A stretch of 63,647 nucleotides of DNA, counting the filler, from Sphacelaria rigidula (taxonomy: Eukaryota): assembly GCA_964200075.2 (NCBI GenBank). It is 6 parts of 6 records of this genome, joined end to end, with 100 filler letters (N's around TTAATTAATTAA, not from the genome) between each part and the next. Parts side by side here need not be neighbours in the genome. Positions count along the whole stretch, not along the records: positions 1 to 10,526 come from CAXNAA020006333.1; positions 10,627 to 21,152 come from CAXNAA020006334.1; 4 more parts are not named here. The stretch is one strand, 5' to 3'. Shown here in pieces: positions 1 through 12,963 of this stretch. The translations under genes and the position numbers were made by a program. The notes below the pieces were generated by a model that was not told where the DNA came from, did no database searches, and saw only the letters and a list, made by a program, of their open reading frames with translations. How positions within the stretch are numbered: the first letter of the stretch is position 1; each line of letters starts with the position of its first letter.

Positions 1-315
1 CAGTTGTGACCTGGATGTTGTCTACGGTTTTGGCCTATGACACACGAATGGAGATGCACCTCAACACACAAACACATCGATAGAGCATGCAAGCATCAAG
101 TGATTTACCCCCATCCTTCCATTGCTGCTCACTCGGGGATGGAATCGCTTCATCCCCTCTCTAGCTGGAGTGCATACAACGGTAGCAATATAAAAAACAT
201 CAAGAGTGCATTCTCTCTTGCTCTTGTGCTGCTCTGTCGCAGCTGTTGGTTCAAAAAAGTGTCCGTAAGCCAAGGGGCTCCTAACTTGCGACAAGTCCAG
301 AATGGATGGGATGAA

Positions 316-327
316 AACTCTCTCTCA

Positions 328-392
<65 letters not shown>
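316..392. repeat. compound (CT)n(CA)n microsatellite
   Basis: Directly visible dinucleotide runs. Confidence 0.95.
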
Positions 393-393
<1 letters not shown>

Positions 394-3300
394 TTGCTTG
401 TTGTCCCGGACCCCAATGTGTATGTGGTCAGTAGTTCAAATAACTTCACCTGGCATCCCGCATCCAACCGTCGCACACCGCACCCAACACGCCACGTACG
501 AGCACTCAGCCCCCAGTGCCCCTAGTAGTAGAGTTCGGTCGCCACGGTCAAATGTGAAGGTGAACCGAATGCTGCGGCCATTACGGCTGACCAAGACGAC
601 GTGCACGACGATTCAAACCTCAAGACTCCTACTTAGACTCGCGGCAGTGAGTCGTCAGAGCCTCGAAACTGGAGAGAAACCTCAGGCTTGGATTGTGAGC
701 CTGACGTCGACCGCTTAGGCGTGGCGCGTATTCGAGTAGCCAGTAGCAGTAGTGACAAGGTTTCAAACAGTAGGCCGAGATGTGTGGCACAGACAGCGGG
801 GGGGGGCATCAACAACCGTGCGCTTGGCCATCATGCGAGTCGCCCATCGTCTGTTGAATTCTCACAGGCGCCTACTCTTGAATTCACCATTCGTTCGGTG
901 CACCTCTCGCCAGGACCACTGACGCCAAAGTGAGTTGTGATTGAGGATCTGTTCTGGTATTTGAGTGGCTATTATTAGCAGATGTTGGGTCCACACGTAC
1001 AACATGCCCAGGGGCATGGAAGAAATACCCCGCTCAATCGGTATTCTGTCTGTTTGGGATATATCCTGCTCAAGACTGCTAGTACAGCCACGTCTACTCG
1101 GATCCAAACAAAACTCACCACAGAACCCGGTTCGTTTTCTTCGATATAACGCCTACATACGGAAGAACGGTTGGCAACAGGTGCTCACCTCTAATAACCA
1201 TGCCTGCTGGTGAACTAGGACAGCTGTGGGAAGTATGCCAAGTGAGACAAGAGTCAGTGGACAACCGTATCCCGCTCAATACTGGAGTCCTTAGTTTTGG
1301 GCTCCACTGTTTTAAAATACGCTAGTGAAGTCTATCGGGTTTTTTCTGTCCTTTGTTCCTTGACATCAGTGTTCGTGTTCGGACCCGATACCTAGAAGAG
1401 GAGAATTTCAAACCAAAACTTGCCCGGCATTACCGAAGTGCGGCAGGTGCTCGGCCATGCTTTTGGGGACCTACCCGACACAGATTGCACGTGGAAAGCT
1501 ACAAACGTTGATGCTGCCAAAGCACGACCCGAACCAATCACAGGATAGGATATTAGGTGCGCAAGGGTCGAGCGAGAAATGAGGAGAAGCGCAAATAGAC
1601 GTGCGTAATGCGATATACGAAGCACCGGATGCGCAGCTTAAGAAAACACATATTTACAAGGTACCATGGTGGTGACGCCTGGCGCGTGCATCGCAAGGTA
1701 ACGTTCGAATTTCGTGCTTTCGGTGGGTCATTCAATTCGTTCAAACTTTCATGCCGAAGTGTTCTATTCGGTTCTTTGTTGTTGATACAAGGTATCATAG
1801 TACAGTACTGGTGGTTCGCATGCGATGTTTTTGTCTTTTTGTCATGTACCGAATTCCAAATCGGGTGCAAAGTGGCATGAAGCTACATGTGAGTGCAGAA
1901 CAATGCAGACGTTTCTGATTCATCTTTCTGCTGCTGCGGAATATCAGGCGCGGCGGGGCGGGTGTGTGTCTTGCTGCCGTCCACTGTCACGTAGTACTCG
2001 TAGCGCAAACTTGTTGATGTTACCTCCGACTGCAGCCACTCGGTTGTGAGTTCTGTACATTAGTTATCCCCACGAAAAAATCAAGAGAATGTAGCGTCGA
2101 TTGCAGTTCATATTTATGCCCATGATTAAAGGGGTACTCACTAGATTGATTGGCACTGTCGTTGCAGCCCTAAAACAGAGAGACTCCAACGGCGGAGAAA
2201 GTAGTCGTGCGGCTGTGTCCACTTTCTATTGTTTGCGGTCGTCATTTAGATAACTTGTGCTCGTCTCTTTTGTGTTTGGTGTAACCAACGCATGGACGGT
2301 ACGAGATGTAGGACATGGAGGGAGGGGGTGAAATAAGAAGGCGGGGACATTCGCCGAAATCCCGTCAGTCGCGAGGTGTGTTGCGCTGGGGGCTTTAGCG
2401 TGTAGGCCTCAACAGGTATGCTCGAACTTGGCTAGTCTGAGTGGTTCGATTGTCTTCCCGGTTTGAATCACTTTGCGCCTCGTACATACTCTGCATTTTG
2501 TGTATGGCGATTCAACTTCAAACTGAATATATACCGTACATAGATGGATATATCGTTCATGATGTGTAGTTTATGAGAAGTATTGTTGTGTTGCACCATA
2601 TGTATACTTTTTCACGCAGTGCATATATATTTTGGTAGTGGCATGGACAGCAATCCTCGCGACTGTCCTTAAGCGTATCGGCCCGCAAAGGCGCTTTAGC
2701 TTGACATAGTTGAACACAGGACACAACACGTATCGCATATTTCTGCTTTTGCTTTCTCCTTTCCGCGTCGTTCTCGCCGATACCTTTCTTGATAATACCC
2801 GACCCTGTATGTTCTCTGAATGGATGACGGCCTTTAATGTATGTTTGGTGTCGGGACTCGTTTTTTATGTACAGTAAATAGTGACGATGACCAACCATGC
2901 GGCACACGTAGGATTGTATCATTTGCCGTATAATATCGTTGGCACTGCATGTCGTGGCCGATTTGACTATATTGGTTGCGCTACCTTGCAGTGAGGAGTC
3001 AGAGAGACTTTAAAGTTTACTCGATTGCTATTGCTACAGCCTGCACCATACGTACCTAGCGGCAAGTTGCACATATTCAAGATGATCGTTCTGTCATCCG
3101 GTGGGCACCATCACATTTGTTTCGTGGTGGTGTGGTGCATTGTACGGTATATACTCAAGACTCGTTTTCGGTTGGTTTGTGATGGATGTGTTTTATTCGT
3201 ACTTTTGATTTGCTAGTTCCTTTTATGTGTGTAAGTGCGTGTGTTGTTCATTCTCCTTGTCCACCATTCACCATTCACCATTCATCTTTCAGCATAATTT

Positions 3301-3869
3301 GCACATCTTTCCTCGGAACCGAGTTTCGGAGAATTATGATACAGTATGGTACTCGACTACCGCGGTATCAGTGCGGTACGCACGGTGCGGTATATTGTAC
3401 CTTGTATATTGTTATTGTGAATCCCACGTTACCTCGGGGTCTGCTTGTCCCAATTACGGGCGGTACGGATTGGACGAATGCGATACCTACCACGTGAAAA
3501 ACAAAAAAATCGCGGGAGCCGCGGGAATTTAAACCATGGCGCCTAGTCACGGAAAATCGCGGCAGTTGGTATGCTGCACTGTGCATGTGTAATAATGTGC
3601 GCGTTTGCAACGTTTGCAACGTTTTTAACGAACGTATTGCGCCCCCGATAGCCAAACTGCAGATCCGCCTGATTCGGCGAGAACCCGGCGTGCTCCGTCC
3701 CGCTTTGTAGGGGGCGGACCCCCTATAGGGTTGGCGTCGGTTGGCCATGACGCTGAAAAACACGCCGCTTACTGCGTAAGCTAGGTAACCAGGTTACCGA
3801 TTTTGTTTCGCTCGCTTGCGTATTTTCTGCCATGGCCATGATGGTGGTCGAGCTAGATCATATTATGCG

Positions 3870-4222
3870 GGTTAGGAGCACCACAACTCCGCGCAAAGAC
3901 GATCGTACTCTTAGTGTGTAAATGGTTAGATGCCCATGAGGCACTGTGTAAGCCGTAGCTGTCTCTGGAAGGGGCTATACCAGAAAATAAAACAAATTGC
4001 TGTAGGTTGTCGTTCAAATTCAAGATGGTCAGTACGCTTGGGGCCGAACGACCCTAGCAGGATGCAGCTCACCCTTCGTGCGACTCGCCGAGCACACCAC
4101 GGCGCTTCGCGCTTGGTGATCGATTGCGGGCCTGGCCCGGCGAAAACCTGGCGTGCTCGTCCCGGCCTTGTAGGGGGGTGCGAGGTCAATGGTCTTATGA
4201 CTACGGCATGCAAGATCATGAG
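3870..4222 (+). repeat. dispersed repeat family C (C-tailed, SINE-like), long copy
   Basis: Shares caactccgcgcaaa...gctcacccttc...ggcgaaa.cc.gcgtgctc.gtcccgg...ggtcaatg...catgag blocks with 12229-12591, 22611-22780 and 42503-42592. Confidence 0.8.
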
Positions 4223-6814
4223 ATAGTCAAGGTGCAGAAACATAAATGACCTTTGAGAAATGACAAAGATGATGTGCGGTACGCAAATCAATCAAGCCTT
4301 CATTTCGTTGTTGCATGAAGGTAAAACTGCAGATCAGAGTACGAATTCCAGCTATAAATAATTATACGAGGTACAAGCCAGCAGAAAGCGCAAGTAAATC
4401 CACCGGCGGTCGCAACAAGATGACAAACCGAAGAGAAATGCATGGAAATTCTGCACAGTCGGAATATACTTATGGAGTACGACCAATGAAACAAACCAAA
4501 CGTTGCCGATAAAACGAATATACAAAGAAATACTGTACACAAAATGCACACACAAGTACCACATACCAAATACCAAATATATACCATATTCCCCATCAAC
4601 TGAAGCAACAACTGATGAACACGGTTCGCAAAGCATCAAGGCTACCTATCTGACGAAGCTACAGCATCAAGGGCCACAGCACGGAGGGTAAAAACTGAAA
4701 AAGACGTCATGGACTCTGCCCCCACCACGACACCAAACATCAAATACCACGCTCCGCGGTAAAGGCTTAGTAATTACGGTCACCAGGAGGAACCCAACGC
4801 CGTAGAAATGAAAATGAGCGACGTTGTCTCTTCAGAAAAGCACGTGTTGCCTTTACTGCACTGTGCTCTTCACTGTTGAAAGCAAAAGACGTGGTAACAA
4901 AATGTACACAGGGTGTCTAAAGCCTGTCTAAAGCGTTTCCGGAGCATGGTGAGGATAGCTCTTAGTCACACTTCACAACTAATACGAGATCCCCCGCGGT
5001 ATTTATGTTTGAAATACCGTATCGTTCAGCGTAGTATGCGACTCGAATGCAATGGTGATTTTGCCATACATACCGTGCTGCGGTACGGTGCAGGTTTTTG
5101 AATTATGTGCGGAAGTGCGATGAAGCTGCCCATGCTGCTTATACCGCAAGGAATCGTGGGAACGTTCCGAGGAAGCCCTTAAACGTTTAGTCCACACATT
5201 TGCTCGGGACGGGGCGACAGTCTCGAGGCGTTAATGAGTCTCCCTCGCGATACCGACCTGACAATTTTTCATCTGGTTTGAGATCATGATGATCACCACC
5301 TTCACAGCCCATCAGCTTCCGTCGAATCTGTTTTCTGGTGTTCTTGAGATCTGGATTCTCGAAGCCTGTGCCTGCGTTTTCTGTTTTATGCTGGCGTCCG
5401 CAGTTGCCTCTTCTTGTCTTCCGTCTTTGTCTGATGTTTCTGCTTGTTTTTGCACACATGTGTGCTCGTTTCCTTTGCACAGGAAACGTTCTCATCCTTT
5501 GGGCAAGAACGTTTTGAAGCGGGGACAACAATGCGAAGCGGGAATAACAACACCAACGCACGCCTACCCAGCGAAATCCGGGACAGCAGAGGACTATCCC
5601 CTCCGCCACCGCTCCATCGGTCCCCATCCCCGTCTCCGCCGCTACGGTCTTCATTATTCCACATCCTGAGTTGCTCAATCATGGCGGGCGCTATGGTCGA
5701 AGCCACCTGTTGAGTCTTTGGCCCGCGGTAGCAGTAATTCACGTCAGCCGTTGCGCAGGGCAGTGAAGAGGAAGGAGAGGAGAGCTCGTGGGTGAGGGGA
5801 GAATGGCCGTATACGGGAGGAAGCGGTGCCTCGGCTCCGGAGGAAGCTCAGTCTTGCTTTTAAGGTAGAGGTCAGCTCGTTTTTTGTTACAGTAGAGAGC
5901 GAGTATGAATGTGTCTCGCACTTGGGATAACAAACAGCTTCGTAGATACACCTCTTCAATGTCGACCATCCTTTTTTTCTTCCAAGTACGTTCTTTCTTG
6001 TACTTCAAAATCTTGGTCAAATGGAGAGAGTGCCTTGACTTCTGAGTTGAACAGATGGCGGATGAACTGAAAAAAAGGACCGAAGAACCCGGCGAGGAGT
6101 GCGATTCTATGTCATTGTTACCGTACGAGGTCTGTCTCCCCGAAGCCTCGTCAAATAGAGGGGAGGTAGATAGCAAAAAGGAAACGGAGGAACCGGATCA
6201 GTTTTGGGCACAGTCAGGATTCACTTTTTTCTTATATTTGATTCAGGCGGGCATGTTTGAACGTTTGGTGATCGGATCCGTTCGAGAAGTCTACGGTTGT
6301 CACCGTGGGAGGACATTTCACGTGGGTTGAAGTGTACCATGCTGCTCTGTATCTCCAATCGGTTGCTCTTCGTCCATACTGTTTGACCCTCATTTTGTGT
6401 CACCCTTCATGTTGTCACTTGTTTAAAACCCACACACAAATAGCACCTTGGTCATTCTCATCTTATTTCGTTTTCTCAACCTGCCATGTCGTGTCATTTG
6501 TTGCAGGCACTCACGTCACCATTATCGCTTTGTTTGTTCTTCACCTTCTTGTATATTGTATCTTGTATCTGGCCCACCTTTGGCGTCGGAAGAGCAGCAG
6601 CAGCCCCTGAAAAATGCAAAATAGAAATGACCCGACCCGCTCTGCCCCTGGCTAGGAATAAGGGCGGGGGGATGGGTAGCACGAAATTGACATCCTTGTC
6701 TGATCCTATCGATTGTTGATCCCTCTCCTTGGCTTGCAGCTCTAGCGATGTTGCGTACCTCTCTCTTCCTGTTGTACGTCTTTCGTTTGGGGTGTCCTTT
6801 TCTCTCAATCTCTC

Positions 6815-7426
6815 AAGGTTGTGTTCTGTAGGGTACGGTTTTCTGTATACCCGGGGTATTTTGCCGGGTATTTACCGTACCCGACAGTTCTGTGACTTCT
6901 GTACGACTTTCATACCGGTACCCGACAGTTCTGTAATCTCTGTGAGACTTTCATACCCTGACCCGATTGTTCTGTAATCTCTGTAAGACTCCCGTACCGT
7001 TACCACGGGGCACGGGTACGCTCTTGATAAGATACCTGATTGCGGGTACGGTTTTCTGTGCAACCTCCATACCCTATCCGACAGTTTCTGTGAGTTCTGT
7101 AAGACTCCCATACCCTTACCCGACAGTTCTGTGGGTTCTGTACAAATACTTTGCCCGTACCCGGAGCGCGGGTATGCTCCTGAAGAAACACACGATTGCC
7201 GGTACCGGTTTTCTGTAAGCCTCCCGTACCGTACCCGTGCCGTACCCGATAAGTTCTGTAATTTCTGTAAGACTTTCATCCAGTACCGGTACCCGACAGT
7301 TCTGTGAGCTGTCTAAGCCTCCCATACCCCTACGCGGGGTTATAGGGTATACCGTTATAGATATACCCGATTGCAGGTATGAGCATTGGGGAGGTATGGA
7401 TATGAGTTCAGTCCGAACACAACCTC
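6815..7426. mobile_element. non-autonomous TIR element with internal ~36-bp tandem units, copy 1
   Basis: Starts AAGGTTGTGTTCTGT and ends CCGAACACAACCTC (imperfect inverted repeat). The interior is repeated cataccNNtacccgacagttctgt units. Near-collinear with 8027-8561. Confidence 0.75.
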
Positions 7427-8026
7427 ATGATCTGAAGATGTACCTCCCATCGATCAACCCACCTAACTCCGTCCTTCAAAACTGCACACCAACAATAAGT
7501 GAATGTTGAAAAGTTCTTTAGTTTGGAATCTGACGGGAAACCAAGTACCGCTGAGTGGAAACACGAAACACCATCAGCCCTGCAGACCGTCAGGATGGAT
7601 CACCCCCTGACTCGCGAGCGGTGGCTCGAGCGGGGGTGGTTCATCTGCGTCACTAGGTGATCAAGTAGTAAGACGCACGTCATCGACGTTGATGGTGGTT
7701 GTGTCGTGGTCATCAAACCCCAGGCCGTTATCGACATGAACAGCACAGAGTATATGAGCTGCCGCCGAAAGTCTTCAAGGCCGTCGGCGATTTCGTCGCG
7801 TCCCGGAGGGCTTCCAGAGAACGGGCAGCCGTGAATGCTCCTCCATGTACTCTCTGGGAGTGTACGTGAATCCGATAGATGTTGGCGATCCATGTACTAC
7901 TACAATTGTTCGTGTAGTCTTTCTTTATCAACCCCGTGAAGCGGTTCAGAGTTGTCGTGAACCGTCACCTGTATTTCGCCACTGTTGTAGTGACGTAGGT
8001 CCCACCACAGGGGTGATAATAATACC

Positions 8027-8561
8027 AAGGTCGTGTTCTGTACGGTACGGTTTTTTGTAGACCCGGGGTATTTCGCCGGGTATTTACCGTACCCAACAGT
8101 TCTGTAAACTCTGTAAGGCCGTCATACCCGTACCCGATAGTTCTGTGAGTTCTGCAAGCCTCCCGTACCGTTACCGGGGGGCACGGGTACGCTCTTGATA
8201 GGATACCCGGTTGCGGGTACGGTTTTCTGTGCAACCTCCATACCCTATCCGACAGTTTCTGTGAGTTCTGTAAGCCTCCCATACCCTTACCCGACAGTTC
8301 TGTGAGTTCTGTACAAATACTTTACCCTAACCCGAGAGGCGGGTATGCCCTGAAAGAGTTACCCGATTGCCGGTGCCGGTTTCTGTAAGCCTCCCGTACC
8401 GTACCCGACAAGTCCTGTAATTCTTGTACGACTTTCATACCGCTACCTGACAGTTCTATAAACTCTGCAAGACCTTCATACCGGTACCCGACAGTTCTGT
8501 AAGTTCTGTAAGGAATTTCATACCCCACAGAACGTGCCCATACCTAACAGAGCACAACCTT
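8027..8561. mobile_element. non-autonomous TIR element with internal tandem units, copy 2
   Basis: Starts AAGGTCGTGTTCTGT and ends ACAGAGCACAACCTT (15-bp imperfect TIR). Same internal units as 6815-7426. A further remnant lies at ~31581-31660. Confidence 0.8.
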
Positions 8562-10526
8562 ACAATATTTCAGTATTTTTCCTTCTTTCTCTCGTTCTTC
8601 TCGCTCGTTCCTAACTTCTCATCTTTTCAGGCAAGAGTCCCTAGCACCCCAAAAGTGCAGTTCCCAGATAGCTGAGTTGCTATCAATGTCCATCACACGC
8701 CGTTGGACGTGGTTACAGTACCTCAAGACTGATCAGATGCACCTCGGGAAAAAACGTCGAAACGGTATTGGATGTCACGGTAGCATTGTTTTGCTCTCAT
8801 GTCCGTTTCCTTTCTTTCTCCTTCAGCTGTTTTTGTTCTGTTTTTGTTTTTCATCTTAATTTCACTTCTATTCCGGAGTTCCCCTTTTCTATACTATGTG
8901 TAGCGAGTGTCTCCACTTAGTTATGTACCTTAGGTACGCCTGTCGTGTGGCCAAAGGCTGGAGGCACCGCGAACCATTTCACCTCTGGCAGTCAATTAAT
9001 GAGTCAACGTAGCGATTGATTCTTCTGTATCTTGTCTTCCATGTTGGCATTCGTTGCAGGTCCTTGTTGGGGGTTTTGGAGAAGTTGGTTCTGGCGTGGA
9101 AGACTCGCAAGGTGACGATATGGCGTTTGGCGGAGGCACTAGAGTATTTAATATTATATAGATCTTATCTGGACCGGGCCCACGACATGCATCATTCAGC
9201 CACCACACAAGACCACTGCATGGAGGCATTATTGACTACCAGGTACGGTACGTGGGGACTGTTGAGTTTGTTCATACAACATATGGGGGGTAACTGTTGA
9301 TATTTTCTGCCGGTATCCGGTCTGTACTTGCAAGTTGAGCACCAGCTGTAACGCGTTCAGCCCTCTGACCGCCAGGGTGGGCAACCCAGGTGTCTCACGC
9401 ATTATTCGAGTGAAGATACTTCCTATTCAACACATGGCCCACCCTGGCGGTGAACGGACCAAGCAACAACGGACATGTATAATTGCTATGCCTGATATCA
9501 CGGTGAACATTGGGTTTCACCAATGATTAACCGGAGGGGTTTAACGGTAGGGGCGCAACTTTTATTCTGAGGCTCTGCACTCGAGGAACCCCTCGATGAC
9601 AAAACATCTGGGTCATAGTGCGCAGCCTCAGAATAGATTTTGAGCAAAAGTGCACCCCTATCGTAGTATCACTCATCGGGTGGTGTTCCTATTGATGTTA
9701 ATACTAATAGAGTGTTTGCGGAAAGGTTGTTTATTTCTCAAAAACAAAAGCCGCATAGAGCTAGCTATAAGCTCGCTGTCTAATACCTGTCATGACGTCT
9801 CACAAAAGAAATATGTAAACTTCGCAGGACTCATGTGCTCAATAGTCGAATACGCGGTGGTCCACACCCAAGGATCTCATGGCCGACCATGCATACTACA
9901 TAGGAAACGTGACACTGAGACGTGGATATCATTTTGCGAGCTCTACTCATTATTGTTGAACCTCCACCCCATCACCCCACCACCCCCACCACCCCCACTC
10001 CTCGGGATGAGTCCGTAATCCGAATAATTGCCTGGCACCCTATTTTTGAGCATCGGTCAGCACTTCTGTAACCTGTCAAATGTCATCGGAATACTTTGCC
10101 AACTCCTGTCCTCTATCCTCCGAACGCCGAACGCCGCGAATAGACCCGGTGTCGAGATTTCAATCCGCAGAATACATTCATTCGGGGTTATCAACAACTA
10201 GGTGAAGGACAATTATGTTCTACCTGTACCAAATCGAGCTTGACTTGCATTTTTTGTTAGCGTTAGTGTGTGCTGCTATGCCATGTCTCCGTACTTGAAG
10301 AGTAAATAGCAAGTCCGACATGGCTCAGCAGGCATTGCGTGAAACATTGCCGTATCGCTACTTCTTCAACGCTAGCTAGCTTCACTTCCTGGTGTGCTTG
10401 CACCAGACTGCTCTCCGTGCGCGCAGAAGACTTAAGTGTTGGCATCTAGGCCTTGGTTGGCTCCATGTGACGAGAGGCTGGAAAAGGACGTAGTGTCCCG
10501 GGGAGGCGAAGGTGGTCCATTAGAAT

Positions 10527-10626
10527 NNNNNNNNNNNNNNNNNNNNNNNNNNNNNNNNNNNNNNNNNNNNTTAATTAATTAANNNNNNNNNNNNNNNNNN
10601 NNNNNNNNNNNNNNNNNNNNNNNNNN
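10527..10626. other. artificial scaffold-joining linker N44-TTAATTAATTAA-N44
   Basis: 100-bp linker with stops in all six frames, repeated identically five times. Confidence 0.98.
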
Positions 10627-12228
10627 CCCAGTACCAATGTACCGCGCAGATATCGGAACGGCTTTTAATGTGAAGACAACAACAACAACAACAACTAAAC
10701 GTGCCATCTTCTGTTGGTTGTTGGCTTCCCCCTGAGCTTGCCACTCTGGTCATCTTCACTATAGCTCTGTTTCCTGCTCATGCGCTTGCGCTAAATTCCT
10801 GGGTTCCTCCTTTTCCCTCACTTCCGACTGCTAGTTTATTTTTCTCCTTCTTGTGATTACCCCCTTCTGCATAGTCTTTAGTCTAGCTACTTCTTTTTCA
10901 CTCAGCGTTTCTCTAGCGCCCCCAGTTTCTTAGTTACTTCGTATTTTCTTCTCTCTCTGTCTCTCTGAGCGGCATCAGTGTGTGTTGATCTTGTGGCTCT
11001 GGTGAGGGGCAAACCATGCCAGCGATGCGACCTCTAGGTAGCTGAGTCGCAACCTGATTCCATGCTATTGCCTCCTTCTCAAAGCACTGGCAGGGGCCTG
11101 TCGGGGTATTTTCTCGGGACCGATACTAGATCCTACTTTCGGGATTTGACTTTGTGCTGCCCCTTCCTCTCTAGCTTTTCTCCGCTTTTTTACTCTGTTT
11201 TCTCCTCCCTCCTCGTCTCCTACTTTCCCCTCGTGTTCTTGTCAGCTTCAGCACGTCTTTCCGCTGTTTACTTCGAGAAGAATGCCTTCCGCGATCGCGG
11301 CTGAATTCGCAGCGGATCAGCCAATATGCCACGGTCAATTAACTGAGCAATACAGCCAAATAAACTGCAGAACCCTCGAGGAGCATCAATGCGGCACATA
11401 TACACACTGTACTGGTTGCCACGGGGAGAAAGGAGTCCGTGTTTGTTGCTCCCAGGAGAAGTATAAACATGGTGATGTCTCATGATGTGCACACGTCATA
11501 ACCCACAGTACGGGCGTTTGCCGTGCAGATTGTGTTTTCATGCGTGGAACCTGATCGGCTCTTGCATGCATGAAAGCTAAGTCTCGTGGTTAATAGGCCT
11601 TAGCGAAGAGGCCATGACCCGATAGCACTTGTTTCATACTAGTGCACTGATTTTGTGTCCGAGGAGCCGGTAGCTTGCGCCACTCGGATTTCATAGCTGA
11701 CTTGTACGATAATAGCCTCTTTTGGTATACTGCAACTATTGTCGAGGCCAAAGGTTTTCTCGCAGAATGAATCCGGCGCGATTCAACCGCTAACATGGCT
11801 TGGTGATCCTTTGAAATACAATTTCCTCGAGCCCGTCACCGCGTAAAAATACGAGCAAATTGTGCTACAGTTGGAAAACTGTAGCGTGAAGATGTGAATT
11901 GGTCGAACTGTTGCGTGAAGATGAATTGGTTGAACACTACATAGTTAAGCTATGAAACGGCCATTTTCACCGTCTGGATCAACTGTTCTTCTAACGCATC
12001 TTACAAAGGTTCCGGTTCCACTCGCTGAAATAACTCACTTCCCTTCAAAGGTTGGAACAGCAACCCCCCCCCCCTCACTTCCCCTTCCCCGCACCCCCAA
12101 CCTCCGCGGTCGTTCGAGGTTTGGCGTCGGTCGGCAATGGCACTGTGAAGCACTCCACTAACAGCGTCAGCTGCGTACCTTGGTTCCTCTCTTTTTCCTC
12201 AGTTTTTTCGTGATACATCATATCGTGC

Positions 12229-12591
12229 GGGAGGCTGAACCCCAACTCCGCGCAAATAGGAAAATCGCACTACGTGGTCGTTTAATGGTGAGACACCCAC
12301 GAGGCAGTTAATCCCGTGGTTGTCTCTGGAACCGGCGGTACCAAAAATGAATAAACTCATTCGAGTCTCTGTCCATACTCAAGATATTTAGCTCGCGTCG
12401 GGCCAAACAATCTTGGAAGGATACAGCTCACCCTTCATACGATTCGTCAAAAACGTTACAGCACTTCGCGCTTTGTGATAGCGAGTCTGGTTCGGCGAAA
12501 GCCGGCGTGCTCCGTCCCGGCTTTGTAGGCATACGAGGTATACGGTATAAATGACTACGGCGTGCATAACCATAACCCCCCCCCCCCTCCC
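12229..12591 (+). repeat. dispersed repeat family C, long copy with poly-C end
   Basis: Homologous by eye to 3870-4222; ends in a C run. Confidence 0.75.
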
Positions 12592-12696
12592 TGCACCATA
12601 CATGGCCGCTTGAAGGTATACCTAGGATCGCTACGGATGTACCGGTTGTCCTCTCTCAATGTCCCGCTTAACGCCTGGGTGCTTCTCGTTCCGCAG

Positions 12697-12963
12697 GGCG
12701 CTTCGATGACCGTCGGGGCGACCGGAATGCCGCAGCCGCCGGGGAGAAGAGGGAAGAAGGGCAGGAAGGGCGAGGTGCGCCATCTGATCGAGGCCCTCCA
12801 AAAGAATGGTCGGGAGAACGGCAGCAGGAGGAAGGGCGGAAGATCGAGGAAAAAGAATGACAAAGGGGGTAAGGCGGGTGAGATAATCAGAGGCCTCAAC
12901 AGGAGGAGGGAAGCAATGGGCCCGGACAGCCCATTGCGTCCGAGGGCCTGCACGGGCCTGTAA
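12697..12963 (+). CDS. possible terminal exon, basic Gly/Lys/Arg-rich, unknown protein
   Basis: Pyrimidine-rich acceptor cttctcgttccgcag, then an open GC-rich frame GASMTVGATGMPQPPGRRGKKGRK...CTGL*. No homology recognised. Confidence 0.3.
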   Translation, partial: GASMTVGATGMPQPPGRRGKKGRKGEVRHLIEALQKNGRENGSRRKGGRSRKKNDKGGKAGEIIRGLNRRREAMGPDSPLRPRACTGL

